DNA of 61,372 bases, counting the filler, from Sphacelaria rigidula (Eukaryota), in the NCBI GenBank assembly GCA_964200075.2. It is 7 parts of 7 records of this genome, joined end to end, with 100 filler letters (N's around TTAATTAATTAA, not from the genome) between each part and the next. Parts side by side here need not be neighbours in the genome. Positions count along the whole stretch, not along the records: positions 17,565 to 26,246 come from CAXNAA020010394.1; positions 26,347 to 35,028 come from CAXNAA020010395.1; 5 more parts are not named here. One strand, written 5' to 3'. Shown here one piece after another: positions 23,762 to 35,128 of this stretch (positions are counted from its first letter, which is position 1; each line of letters starts with the position of its first letter). A model generated the notes under the pieces. It had not been told where the DNA came from. It made no database searches and saw only the letters and a program-made list of their open reading frames with translations. A program made the position numbers and the translations under genes.

Positions 23762-25010
23762 GGACCGTAAAATGAAGAACTGACCCAAAAATCCGGTGAT
23801 CAGTGGGGGTAGGTGTGCACAAACCCCGCTACACCCAAAAAATAAGAGGACCGCAAATGAAAAAATTCTCCATGGATGGCGGAAAACTTCAGCGGTGCGG
23901 TGGGGGTGTGCATACCCCGCTACATGCAAAGCCAATATAGGGCCGCAAAATGCAGAAAGAAATCCCAGTGGAAAACTCCAGCAGTGCGGTGGGCGTGTCC
24001 GTACCCCGCTATAATATGGTGAAACCAACAGGAGGAGCGCAAAATGAAGAAAAAGTATCCCGAGAAGAGATCTAGCGGTGCGGTAGGCGTGCCCATACCT
24101 CCCTACATGGAAGAACAAACAGGACCGAAAAATGAAAATAACTCCTTTGATGAAAGATCTAACAGTGTGGTGGGTGTGTCCAAACCCTGCTTCATACACG
24201 ATAAAAAAATCACAAAATGAAATGATATAGTACAAAAACCGGGCAGTATCGTAGGCAGGTCCAAAACCCGCTACAACAGGCAAAAATTTCAGGATCGCAG
24301 AATGATGAGGAGAAACTTCCGCCGCGAGAAACTCCAGCAGTGCGGTGGGCGTTACCATACCCCGACATGCGAAGCCAAAATAGGACCACAACAAATATAA
24401 CCATATTCCCCCGGTGGATTACTTCAGCAGTGCGGTGGGCGTGTCTATCCGCCGCTATATGCAAGAACAACGAGGACCACAAAATGAAAGGAAATTCAGA
24501 AGACAAAACACCCAGCAGTGCGGTGGGTGTATCCAAACCCCGACACGTGCAAAGCATAGAGAGAACCGCAAAATGAAACTCAAGAAGTAGTGCGGTGGGC
24601 GTATCCATATCCCGTTATATGCAAAAAACAAGATTGAAAAATGGAGAGAACTCCCCGGGAAGAAGTCAAGAGTGCGGTAGGTGCGCACATAAAACCCGCT
24701 GTACATGCAAGAATAAACACGGTCGCAAAATGAGAAAAAACTTCCACGACAAAGCATTCAGGAGTGAGGCGGGTATGTCCATCCCCCGCTATGCGTAAAA
24801 AACAACAGGATCGAAAAATAGTGGCGCAAAATCCTCCGACAAGACGACCAGTAGTACTTGTGCGGGGGGCGTGTCCTTACACCCCGTTACATGCACGAAT
24901 GAACAAGACCACAAAAAATGAAGGTGTTTTCCCCCGGGAAAAATATCCAGCAAGGCGGTAGGCGTATTCATACCGCGGTAGATGCAAGACCAAGCAGGAC
25001 CACGGACGTG
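23762..25010 (+). repeat. Degenerate tandem array, ~75-98-bp period, 14 units (plus one unit at ~21162-21207 before the LTR insertion)
   Basis: Core GCAGTGCGGTGGGCGTGTCCATACCCCGCTACATGC near 23801, 23890, 23980, 24073, 24160, 24243, 24336, 24425, 24513, 24587, 24668, 24760, 24858 and 24950. The A-rich linkers share AGGACCGCAAAATGA. Confidence 0.85.
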
Positions 25011-26246
25011 ACACAAAAAACAACAAAAGCTGTAAGAGTTGAACACTTATGTCCTTCAGTCGCGTACTGAGCTTGGACCCCATGTTTGGAAATTAAAAAC
25101 CCATATATATATATATATATATATGCTACTTTTCACACGGATGCTCCAGACCTCCGCCCTCCCGTCTCCGAAGACAACACGTAAGGAAAACAAATCTAAA
25201 CCCATAAAAAAAACGCGTGTGCTGCCGAAAAAACAGGATGCAGCTACTACAGCCGTCCACTCCATCCGTCGCACAATAGTGTCGGAAATACTGGCACGTG
25301 TTGTGTGGTACTGTCCTCGAGACAGACCGACTACCATCGCGTGGGCAGTAGTGTATGGCAGAGGTTGCACAGTGGTAGCAAAACCTGCTTCTGCAGCAGA
25401 CAGAAAGTAGCAAAAACAAATAATAATAGTGGATCCTGGAAAATGGGGTCGATCTCAAAAATGAGGTTCAAGTGGCATATCTTCTTGCAGGGATGACGCA
25501 AAACAGCAACACAGAGCGAAACCATATTTCCTCCCCAAAATCTGCAGCAGTGAATCAGTTGTGGCTAAATGCACCTAACGAGTGCGATGTACATACGTGT
25601 CGATGACGATATCACCAGAGAGAGAAGCAACGACAGACAGGAAGCTCCTCGCCCGTGTCCTTTGTGTGTCCTCGCTCGGTGATTACCAATCGCTAGAGAG
25701 ACTGGTGTCATGCATGTCACTAGCACGTGCCGAATTTCTCATGTGCCGGTAGGTATGTTATTGTATTGCTGAGCACAGCCCCACACAGAACATCGACCTG
25801 CGGAGAGATTTCGTCTCTTCTTGTCTCTGACGCTCACTAATGCAAAGATCGATTTCTCTCTGCCTCTCGTTTTGGACAGGACGTGCCTCTGTGCGCTGAA
25901 AAACAAGTCGTTGAAAAACAGGTCAATGTTCCCGTCACCGCTACTATTTTTCTCTGTCACACACATGCCAGCAAGGACGGTGCGCTGTGGCAAAAATAAC
26001 AGACCCAATTTGAACTTGGGAGGTGTTATTCATCGTTGATTCTACCCGACATGACATGTGACCATCCAGGGGCTCGACCACAAGAGCCTACCACAGGCCA
26101 GTTGGTGTGTGTGAGAGAGAGATCAAAGACATGTGGAGACCTTCTTGACATGCGGAGTGAAAAAAGATACCTATAACAGCCGATTTTATTTTTTGGGGTT
26201 CAAACATAATATGGGGCTGAAGTGGCATATCTCTCTTGCACGAAAG

Positions 26247-26346
26247 NNNNNNNNNNNNNNNNNNNNNNNNNNNNNNNNNNNNNNNNNNNNTTAATTAATT
26301 AANNNNNNNNNNNNNNNNNNNNNNNNNNNNNNNNNNNNNNNNNNNN
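26247..26346. other. Artificial contig spacer
   Basis: N44-TTAATTAATTAA-N44. Confidence 0.98.
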
Positions 26347-26559
26347 GCCGTGGTGTATTCGACGAGTCGCGTGAAGGGTGCGCTGCATCCTGCTAAGATT
26401 GTTCGGCCCGAAGCTCACCTATCATCTTGCATTTGGATGACAGCCTACAACGAGTTGCTTTATTCTGTGGTGTAGCCACTTCCAGAGACAGCTGCGGCTT
26501 AGACACTGCCTCGTGGGTGTCTAACCAGGGGGCAGTATGCTCCCGGGGGGAGCAGGGGG

Positions 26560-26960
26560 GTATCGTAGACTCATTCGTCCTGATACAATAATATCTTCCC
26601 CCACCTTGACTCCGTGCGTTGCTCCTTCTATTACTATTATCAGGCCATTTGTTGACCCTTTTGGAACCCGTTGACGATCGTTGTCTTGTGAATCGGTATC
26701 ATCCTTGTGCAATTCCTTGTAAAACACCAAAATATTCCGACACGATTGCACTTTTGGCACTTTCTGTCAACTTCACCATTCTCCACATCTTTCCGCTGAT
26801 CCCAGACTCCCACAACGTTTTCCACCGTCCATTTCTCCGTTCTGTGTTATTATAGGCCTTTCACACGTCCAGAAAGAAACAGTACGTTGCCAGCCCGGCG
26901 TCTTTCCTACCTTGAGTAATGTTATCTAATGTGTATACACGGTCTACGCAACTACGGTTT
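26560..26960 (-). mobile_element. Degenerate LINE reverse-transcriptase fragment
   Basis: Minus strand reads PNRSCVDRVYTLDNITQGRKDAGLATYCFFLDV*KAY...GKMWRMVK...GVLQGIAQG; collinear with the LINE at ~45280-45830. Confidence 0.8.
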
Positions 26961-28674
26961 GGGGGGGAAGGGGGGGGCGTACTCATTTGTTGCTTGCCTT
27001 GGTCATTTGACCGTTGACCACGCATCCCTTTCGAGACGGGGGGGGGGGGGGCAGTTGGTTCCACCATGGAAATATATATATATATATATATATCAACCAG
27101 CGTGCCGAAATACTCCGTACTATGGTTTCGTGTCTGTATATTTATTTTTTATTTTTATGTTTATTAGAGTCACCATGATGACTGCCCATCAACAGCTGCA
27201 GACTTTACTACCCGGAAACTTCCTGTGACTCACCTGTTGGTACCCACCGAAAGTGTTGTACATCATGAGCTGGGACACCGTCTCGTGACCTCCTCGGCCC
27301 TGTATCATGCGTGATATCATGGGTCACGGGCAGTTCCCCCAGCGACGTCCGGCCCTGCTGATTGCCTTCCCTCGTTCATTTCACGATGAATTCAAAATTT
27401 CGTTCGAAGGTTTGAATGTGGTCTGACAGATGCCCTCAACGGCAGCATTCGTACGATATTATCTGTGCTTCGGGTATTATGGTTGCAGACATCAGTAAGA
27501 AGTACAGCTACATAATATTGGGGTACATGAGGCACAGACCGAGACTACAGTTGTACAAGGTAGCCACTGCACTTTGTTCAATAACAGGTGCTTCATGCAC
27601 GAACATGCCGCACGTTTTCCGGATCAATACGAACGTTCTTTTAGTTTATCGCATATATCCATGCAATCAATGAGGTGCTGAACTATGAAAACCATCATTC
27701 GGTTTACTTGACTGGCCGTTTTCCCCATGTTGACCGTTTACACTTTGTGGTGCATAGTGGGTCGAATGCTGCACAAATTATTCTACGTACATTAGTTGAA
27801 CAATACTGTTGGCCTTATACACTTACCGTTGCAACCTTGGGCATGAGGATGCTCACCCACGTCAGGCGTATTTTGATATGCAACAAGATTTTGCGTCTAT
27901 ATATGTGGTACATGAGCAATACCTTGATGCGCTGCATCATTTTGCGCGTATTTACATCAGCAATGATATTTATGGTGTACACAACAGTACCGGCGTTTTA
28001 CCCCGCTGGTTGTCATTTCTTGCAGATAGACCTTCGACCAGTCCAACACATGTTGAGTACAGATGCAGTTACAGCGATAGTGGATCGGACAGATTGCGCC
28101 TGGCACACAGGCATGCGGTCGAATCCCCCGGGCATGTTATTGTATGCTTCACCTCCCGCCTGCGGAAAGTATACCAGTGCTAAGCGTTGTTTGGAGATGA
28201 GGGAATTCGTCGTGCACAACCAAGCCCACTCACTTACGTGCGTTTTGCCGTTGAAAGATACTGATATTTCATGTTAGAAACGTATCCGCCAAAATCCCAG
28301 CAAGGTAACTAGCTGTTCTTCCCCGTCTCGAAATCCACATATTTACAGCAGTCACAGTATCCGCATCACATTTGTGCGGGGTGTCAGCAGGCAGGCAGAG
28401 TATTTTTCTGCCGTGAAGATGACCTCTCACCGTGTGGTGGCGGCGTTATTTTGCGTGCAATCGCGATTTCTTTATGTGAAGTATTTTTCGCCGTTCGTAC
28501 GAGTAGTATTGCTTCAACCGGGAGACCGTTCAAGCGTTTCACTGTTATATAGTAATACTGTCCATTTCCAGCGAGGTTGTCGGCGTTGTCGTTTTCCACC
28601 ATTGATGGCGGGAGGGCGGGATAACATTAGCTGTGAAAACACGTATGTCCTAGAGGCGACATAAGAGATGAAAA

Positions 28675-28712
28675 CAACCAACCAACCAACCAACCAACCA
28701 ACCAACCAACCA
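28675..28712. repeat. (AACC)n microsatellite
   Basis: About nine tandem AACC units upstream of the HIPL1-like exon. Confidence 0.9.
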
Positions 28713-29031
28713 ACGCGGATCGCGAGATAACAAAACAATTTCTCCCCCCTCGACCAAACTTCAAAACTGTTCGATATTTTGTAATATCCCGTATCAAAGA
28801 CCGCCTCTTTGATCGTTGTATCTTCCTATACTACACAACCAGGAGGATCTCCCGAGCGCAACTCCGTCCGCGACCACCCCACCCCGCACATTTCTGTACT
28901 ACTGTTCACCACGCTCTCGCACAGTAAGTTGTGTAACATACCTGTATCTGTGGAAGATCGAGCACACAACACAGCAGGCTGGCGGACGTGCGTGTCATCG
29001 CGCAGGCACGAGCTGCAGACTACCCGGTACC

Positions 29032-29286
29032 ATGACGTTTGCAAGGACCTCAGCCCTTGCCGCGGTACTTGCCGTCACTTTCCGATGGGCGGCAGTAAAG
29101 GCGCACCCCCTGTGTTTCTACGGTGACCGACCCACCGACTACCAGCAGGATTTGACTTTCTGCCCAGCGGATTTCCAGGATGATGGTGCTTGCTGTTCCG
29201 ATGCGGAAGAGGCAGCTGCTGAGGCGTTGTACAACAGTGCGGCACCTACGGCACTCACTGGAGAGTGTGCCAACCTGTATAAGCAG
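29032..29286 (+). CDS. First coding exon of a secreted Cys-rich protein, HIPL1/HHIP-like (folate-receptor-like N-terminal domain)
   Basis: ATG at 29032, hydrophobic signal peptide ending AAVKA, then HPLCFYGDRP...LTFCP...GACCSDAEE...ECANLYKQ|gt (255 nt, phase 0). The Cys spacing resembles the plant HIPL1 N-terminus. Possible 5'UTR intron 28924-29005 (gtaagt...cgcag). Downstream exons not found. Confidence 0.65.
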
Positions 29287-32200
29287 GTTCGTGTCATCAT
29301 GTTGCATCTGCTTCAAATCAAGGCAGAACGGTTTCAGAGTATGTGAGCGGGCATGATATGTAAAGCAGGGCCCGGAAACCAGTCCTCTGCGTTGCAACCA
29401 GTCTTGAGCAAAGCAGTCGAGCGCAATCTAGAGTGCATTCAAACATGGCGTAGGTGACTAGGACTTCTCAATTGTCAGAGTCAAAGACTCGGGGTTGCCG
29501 GTATTGTTGACTATAAATTACAATGAAACATCCGGGGAACGTCGAGTTTGACAAGTCTTTATTGACCGTGCTTGTAGTTGTAGCGTTCGTATCGTTTTTC
29601 ATGAGAGGACTCGTTTTGGGTATACGCAACCTGTGACAAGATGAATAATATAGTAACGCTGGGTAGATCCTTCCGCTTCTCCCATGCACATTTTGTGCCA
29701 TCTTGGGCGCCTGTTGGAGCACTCCCGCTTAGCTCCTGGATCTTCATGCGGTTTTCACTTGATCTTGAGTCAAACATGTTTGTTACAATGGAACGTGCAT
29801 TATTGTGCCATCGCATGGCACCCGCCGTGCTGAAAGGCGACTTTGATCGGATCGGTACCCACTACTGAGCATCAACAATGCTCAGTTCGGCTGACTTATC
29901 TGTGTATGTACCCCCCCGTTTGCTTGAGGGTTCATAGTTTGCCTCTGTTGAGATAAAAGTTGACAGGGTTAGCGTTGGCCCGTACTAAGATCCAAAAAGG
30001 CTCACGAGATGGTGAGAAGACCTTGGAGGCGTAAATGGTCCGCGAACCGAGCACGGCATACTCAATCGTGCGCCCGGGACACATCAATCGCGCCATGTGT
30101 GTTCTCGAAGGCGGAACACCTAGGTCACGTGAACACACGTGTATCCCCGAGGGGCTCCTCATACACAACTTGACAGCGGAATGTCGCCCGGAGCCGTGAC
30201 ACTTAAAAATCAATACTACGAAATGTTTCGTACTCTCGTGCTCGGATACTTCTCGCTTTGCATTATCGCTGTATTCTCCCCGTACCACTACTTCACCTGT
30301 GAACGCGTGCATCTATCGTGTGCGAAATTGGCAATTTGTGTCCCGGTTCCATTCCTGTGACTGGTGGGCATTGTGTGAACACTGCTACAGTCGATGGGGT
30401 TGTCATGTCCATTCAGAGACCACACTCAACGTAACCCATGTACATGATCCGCATCCTTGTTTTCAGATCTCTATCCTTCCATATTGGCTCGGACCATAAG
30501 CGACGAAGAATGTTTGTGTCTGGCCTTCAAAACGTTGGGAGACGTGCATGTAATGATACCTACTCCGGGTGCGTAATATTTTGCCGAATGTGAAACCGTG
30601 CTGAGAAAGCTGCTAGGGGGTGGGGGTAGGATCACTGCGACGATTTGCTGCAACGACTGTGTAGCCATGGTGTAGCCGTTGTCGGAAGCATTTTTGTCCA
30701 GCACTGCTGGTTAGTCCAGTTCATATGCCACGCTCGCGCAGGTGATGAATACGGCATATGCCGTGGCCCCGTGAGCTGCAACGAATGGATGCAATCAGAC
30801 GTTCTTGATCCACGCCGCGTAGTGCTAATATCACGGCTGTAACCGTGACACGTCGTCGTTTTTGTTCATCACAAGACTACCGCGATTACGGCGAGGGCCG
30901 TGCGTTGGTCAGGAAAGACTACCTATAGATGCACGTTGCGGTATGCGTTGATTCACCAGCCAGATTTTATCACCCTCTCGCCGTCTACCTCCGCATCAAC
31001 ACAAGAGCTACGAAAAATGTGAGCACGGCATGATCAACAATCCAATAGGCTGGCGATGCGGCCAATAAACTATATGAGGACGTCGTAGTTCCAAATTTGA
31101 AGAGCCCCCTCATGACAAAGATCTGGGCCCAAATATGCAACCGCTACGATGGCATGATTCAGTTGCTATAGATTCGAGTAAGTCCCGTACGTCCGTGTCT
31201 TTTCGGCATTCAAAGAGAAGTGAGGAACAAAATGAGCGCCTGAGGGTAGCATGTCGAGCAGTCGCCACAACCCCAGACCCCCTCCGGTGATCAAAGGTCG
31301 CGCTGCTTTGGAGGTACGGTTCGTTCCTGTCGCAAATTCGTGAGGGTGTGTCTGAGGTCATGTCTCATCAAATTGTTCTTGACTCGAAAACGTACGATGG
31401 AATCAAAATTGTTAGTACCTGATACGCCCACGGCATTCATGTTCTCAACTATCTCAAAAAACCAAAAGCGTGGACGAATCAGAAACGGGCGAATTCGATT
31501 CGACCGCACATTTTCGACACCGAAACAATTTGATAAGACAGCCTGAGTACTTTTTTTTTTATCGGAAAAGTGCGGTCGACTTTTTTTTTACCGACCTGAT
31601 AGGTCCACCGCATTTATGCTTGAAGCCTTGAAGGCTTGGAGGCTTCAACTCAAAATCACAATCAGCGGCGCACGGAGAAGAATGCAACGAGGTGAGTTCG
31701 ATCGAAAAGATGCGGTCGAAAGGCACGAAGCGGCACTTGACTCCTATCTTACAGACCACCACGCCAAACGACACCTTTTCACAGGACCATGTAAACTCCC
31801 TCCAACTCATCATCAGCTACCACCGCAACCCTGCACCGAGCACGATGTGAGCACAGGGATAGATACACTGCAGTAGTCGGGAGTGCCTTGTTTTATCCTT
31901 TTATGGCAAGAACTTGGGCATCTTCTCTCATGGTAGGCATCAGCTACGGAACTGCGGGGTACTATGGGCAACCGAGGTGCGTGCACGCTCATGGACAGAG
32001 CAGTTAGTACAAAGCTGCACGATGCTGAAGTACTTTTCACGTCGCACGGTAAGCAGAGAGAGCTGATAGTCCTGAGCTGTCTGCACTGCACGTTGCCCGC
32101 TTCTCCTTTATACTCTCCTGCACGGAACATGCACACACGCACTCTCGGCATCCCGCTTCCAAGCAGTGCAGACAGTACAGACTGTACTACTGTACACGAG

Positions 32201-33485
32201 TGACCATGTGCCGTTTCACGACTTACACTGTATCTTTTCGATCAAAAGCAAGGATGTCGGTTGACGTCAAGCTGTCAAGCCTGTCTGTTCTCGAGTGTTA
32301 CACGAAAGGTCAAGACAAAACATCCCCTATCCGCGGGGCAAATAACGCCTACCCATCTCTGTAAAAACCCTTCTTTTCCCTTTCACATAACTAGGCCTGA
32401 GTCCTTTGCGCCGGCATAATTTCTAGCATAATTCGTCTTTTTTGCCCCAACTAGCAAACGCGCATGCAGATACGACTAAATGCTGTAGTATGCCGAAAAA
32501 TAGCATGCAGCATGCGTCAAACCCCCCAAACGACACAGATACTGGTCAAAGTATACAATGTACCGCATTTGCTCGGAAAATGTGGCCAAAAAAATGACGT
32601 TTTGGGTTTCAGCTTTATGGTCAGGCGTTACCCTGTCAAGGCTGTCAGATAGGCAATTGGTGCTTGACTGTCTTGTCAAGGGGTTCAAACCCTGTCAACC
32701 GACATCCTTGATCGAAAGCTTGAATATCCATCCGGACCCAACTGCATCACAACGAGAAATTTCCGCTCAATCGATTCCACCGCCACAGTTTTTCGATCAA
32801 AAAGAAAAGTGCTTTTCATCACCCCAAGACAGACCCTGAAGACGAGTCCTGAAAGACATGGAAGTTGGTCGTGTCGTCTGCTGAATCGGCATCAATCTCC
32901 CTGGCAAGAATTATGGATGGTCCAGCCGGACTACCGTCCCAGTCTAAGGGTTAGGCTAGCGGATGATGTCACTATCGTTGCAGTTTGTGTCAACAACATG
33001 GGATGTTGTACTGTTATATTATCGCTGCGACAACTATTCACGGCAGCATTGGATGCGTACGGCGTGCGTGTAGATGGTTCATGGATATCACACTCATCTC
33101 CGCTCATACACGCCAAGTACCCGACTGTTTTCGTGTATCTCGAGTGTGGCTGGGGCTGTACTCGCCTGCGATGTGGATCCGTTGTTGGGAGCGCGTCCAA
33201 ATATCGCCGTGGTCTCTTTGCGCTAGCTGAGCATGATTTCAGCGAAAATTCGAAATCTCCTTTAGGTCGAGGCGTTGCCCGGCGGTGCCAAACGAAGGTG
33301 CTGCTCTCGACAACAGTATGACCATGACGTTTTTAATCTGTGGTATGGATTTGAATATTTCAGGTGATTCAGATCCAGGACGAGTCTCCGATATCACATC
33401 GACCGATTGTAAGCGCTTGATGTTGTGGCCGTGCAATGTTCGATCTGGTGGTTACAGGTGCACAGAGACGTCTGTAACCTTGCTA

Positions 33486-33948
33486 CAGTAGTGAGCGGTC
33501 AAATTATTCAGGGATGTCTCAAGGTTTTCCTCGTGTGCTACTCGTCGATAGAACTCGAAGTTGCTAGCGTCGGTAGATGTTGGTACAATAATCAAATCAT
33601 CCTCGGAACGCAATGCCCGAGTCAGTATTGGGTTGGTATTTTTGGGCGATACGACTTAATACCCCGTTTATCAGGAGGGTGTTCTTGGACGTTGAACATA
33701 GTTTTCCGGCTCTAGTGCAATGAGTAGGGAGAATTTAAAATAAAACAATTTTTCATTCACAAATATGATCGGGATAGGCTCGATCGACCGTGAGTGTCGA
33801 TTCATTTTTTTCGTGGAATGTTGAGCGGATACGGACATCTTCAGATCCCCAATGTGACAGCGGTGGCAAGCGAAAAGAGCCCAAGAAAACCGCCAATTAC
33901 GAAAACATCACAGTGCCACAAAGTGATTAGTTAGACCGCCCACTACTG
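33486..33948 (+). mobile_element. MITE family A, complete
   Basis: TA|CAGTAGTGAGCGGTC ... GACCGCCCACTACTG|TA: 15-bp TIR with one mismatch and a TA duplication. Confidence 0.85.
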
Positions 33949-34257
33949 TATACTGTATAACCACAAATTCCTTCCGTTGAAAACATTACAGCAAATAGGG
34001 ATGCTACGGTAGGGGTGCATAACATTTCTCTGGGGTTGGAATTGTTACGAGCCCTTTATCCCGTCCAAACCACAAGTTATGACGTAAGTGAGAGAGAGTA
34101 CGCCAGGATTCTATTCCAATGTGCTAGGGATATCCCGAATCAATTTGCAAACGGGCATGCCCCGACCCATGTCTTGTGCATCTAGAATCGTTGGGAGCCC
34201 ACGATGAGGCCGAATCCCTACGAGCTGGGCCAGCCTAGAGGCGGATTTGAAGTTTGC

Positions 34258-34528
34258 AGGCCCATGCTCTTTTATACATTTAGGGTTGGGCCCTGAAATT
34301 TGGTATGGACAGTGCATAGGGCATAACGAAGAAAAATACTGAAGTACCATAAAGTCTTTTTTTTCATGATGAGTTGAGGGCAATAATCGGTTTTCAGGTA
34401 TCATTAAAATGCCCTCAACTCATGAAAAAAAAACTTTTGGTACTTCAGTAATTTTTTTGTTATGCCCTATGCACTGTCCATACCAAATTTCAGGGTCCAA
34501 CTCTAAATGTATAAAAGAGCATGGGCCT
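34258..34528. repeat. Long near-perfect inverted repeat (~125-bp arms, ~25-bp loop), foldback element
   Basis: AGGCCCATGCTCTTTTATACATTTAG...GAGTTGAGGGCA versus TGCCCTCAACTC...CTAAATGTATAAAAGAGCATGGGCCT. The left flank CTGGGCCAGCCTA...TTTGCAGGC also occurs at ~17388-17424. Confidence 0.85.
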
Positions 34529-35028
34529 ATCAAAAACCGGGTCGGTAGAAATTCGGAACAGTATTTCGCAGGCCACTCCCCGGCCCACGTTTGGTTTTCG
34601 TGTATTGAAATTTGGTTTGGGCGCTCTCTAGGGCATAATTAACAAAAAAATAGTGGGTTAGGTTGACTTTTTTTCACTTTTTTCACTTTTTTTTCACTGG
34701 TCCAGGGCGTTCTACTATGAAGGCCCATTCTTTTTGTTCGGAACACTTTTGTTGTTTCCCATGCTAACTTTTAAATCACGATTCTAGAAATTGAGCTACA
34801 ACAGTGCGATAAGGCTCAAGAGCAACGTTCATTTTTCCTCAAAACTCCACTGAAAACACGAAAAAAAATAAAATAAAAATGAGGAAAAGTAGCAAGCCGT
34901 TATATTTTTTTTATTATGCACTAGCGGTCCACTACACGAAATTTTATCGAACAACCCTAAAAAATGAGACGCAATGTCCAGATCAAGGGCACCTAGGGCT
35001 TCTGCTCGTAACATATTGATTTTAGTAT

Positions 35029-35128
35029 NNNNNNNNNNNNNNNNNNNNNNNNNNNNNNNNNNNNNNNNNNNNTTAATTAATTAANNNNNNNNNNNNNNNN
35101 NNNNNNNNNNNNNNNNNNNNNNNNNNNN
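35029..35128. other. Artificial contig spacer
   Basis: N44-TTAATTAATTAA-N44. Confidence 0.98.

Noticed and set aside
23741..24757. Minus-strand Phe-rich ORFs (217, 132, 100 aa) resembling membrane proteins
   Set aside because: By-product of the T-rich strand of the tandem array; unit lengths are not consistently multiples of three.
23762..25010. CRISPR array
   Set aside because: Repeats are far too degenerate, the 'spacers' are homologous to each other (AGGACCGCAAAATGA), there are no cas genes and the context is eukaryotic. Kept as a tandem array.
27675..28277. 200-aa ORF with an overlapping 124-aa ORF as a gene
   Set aside because: No recognisable domain, no clear splice signals and non-ATG starts; cannot be supported without a homology search.
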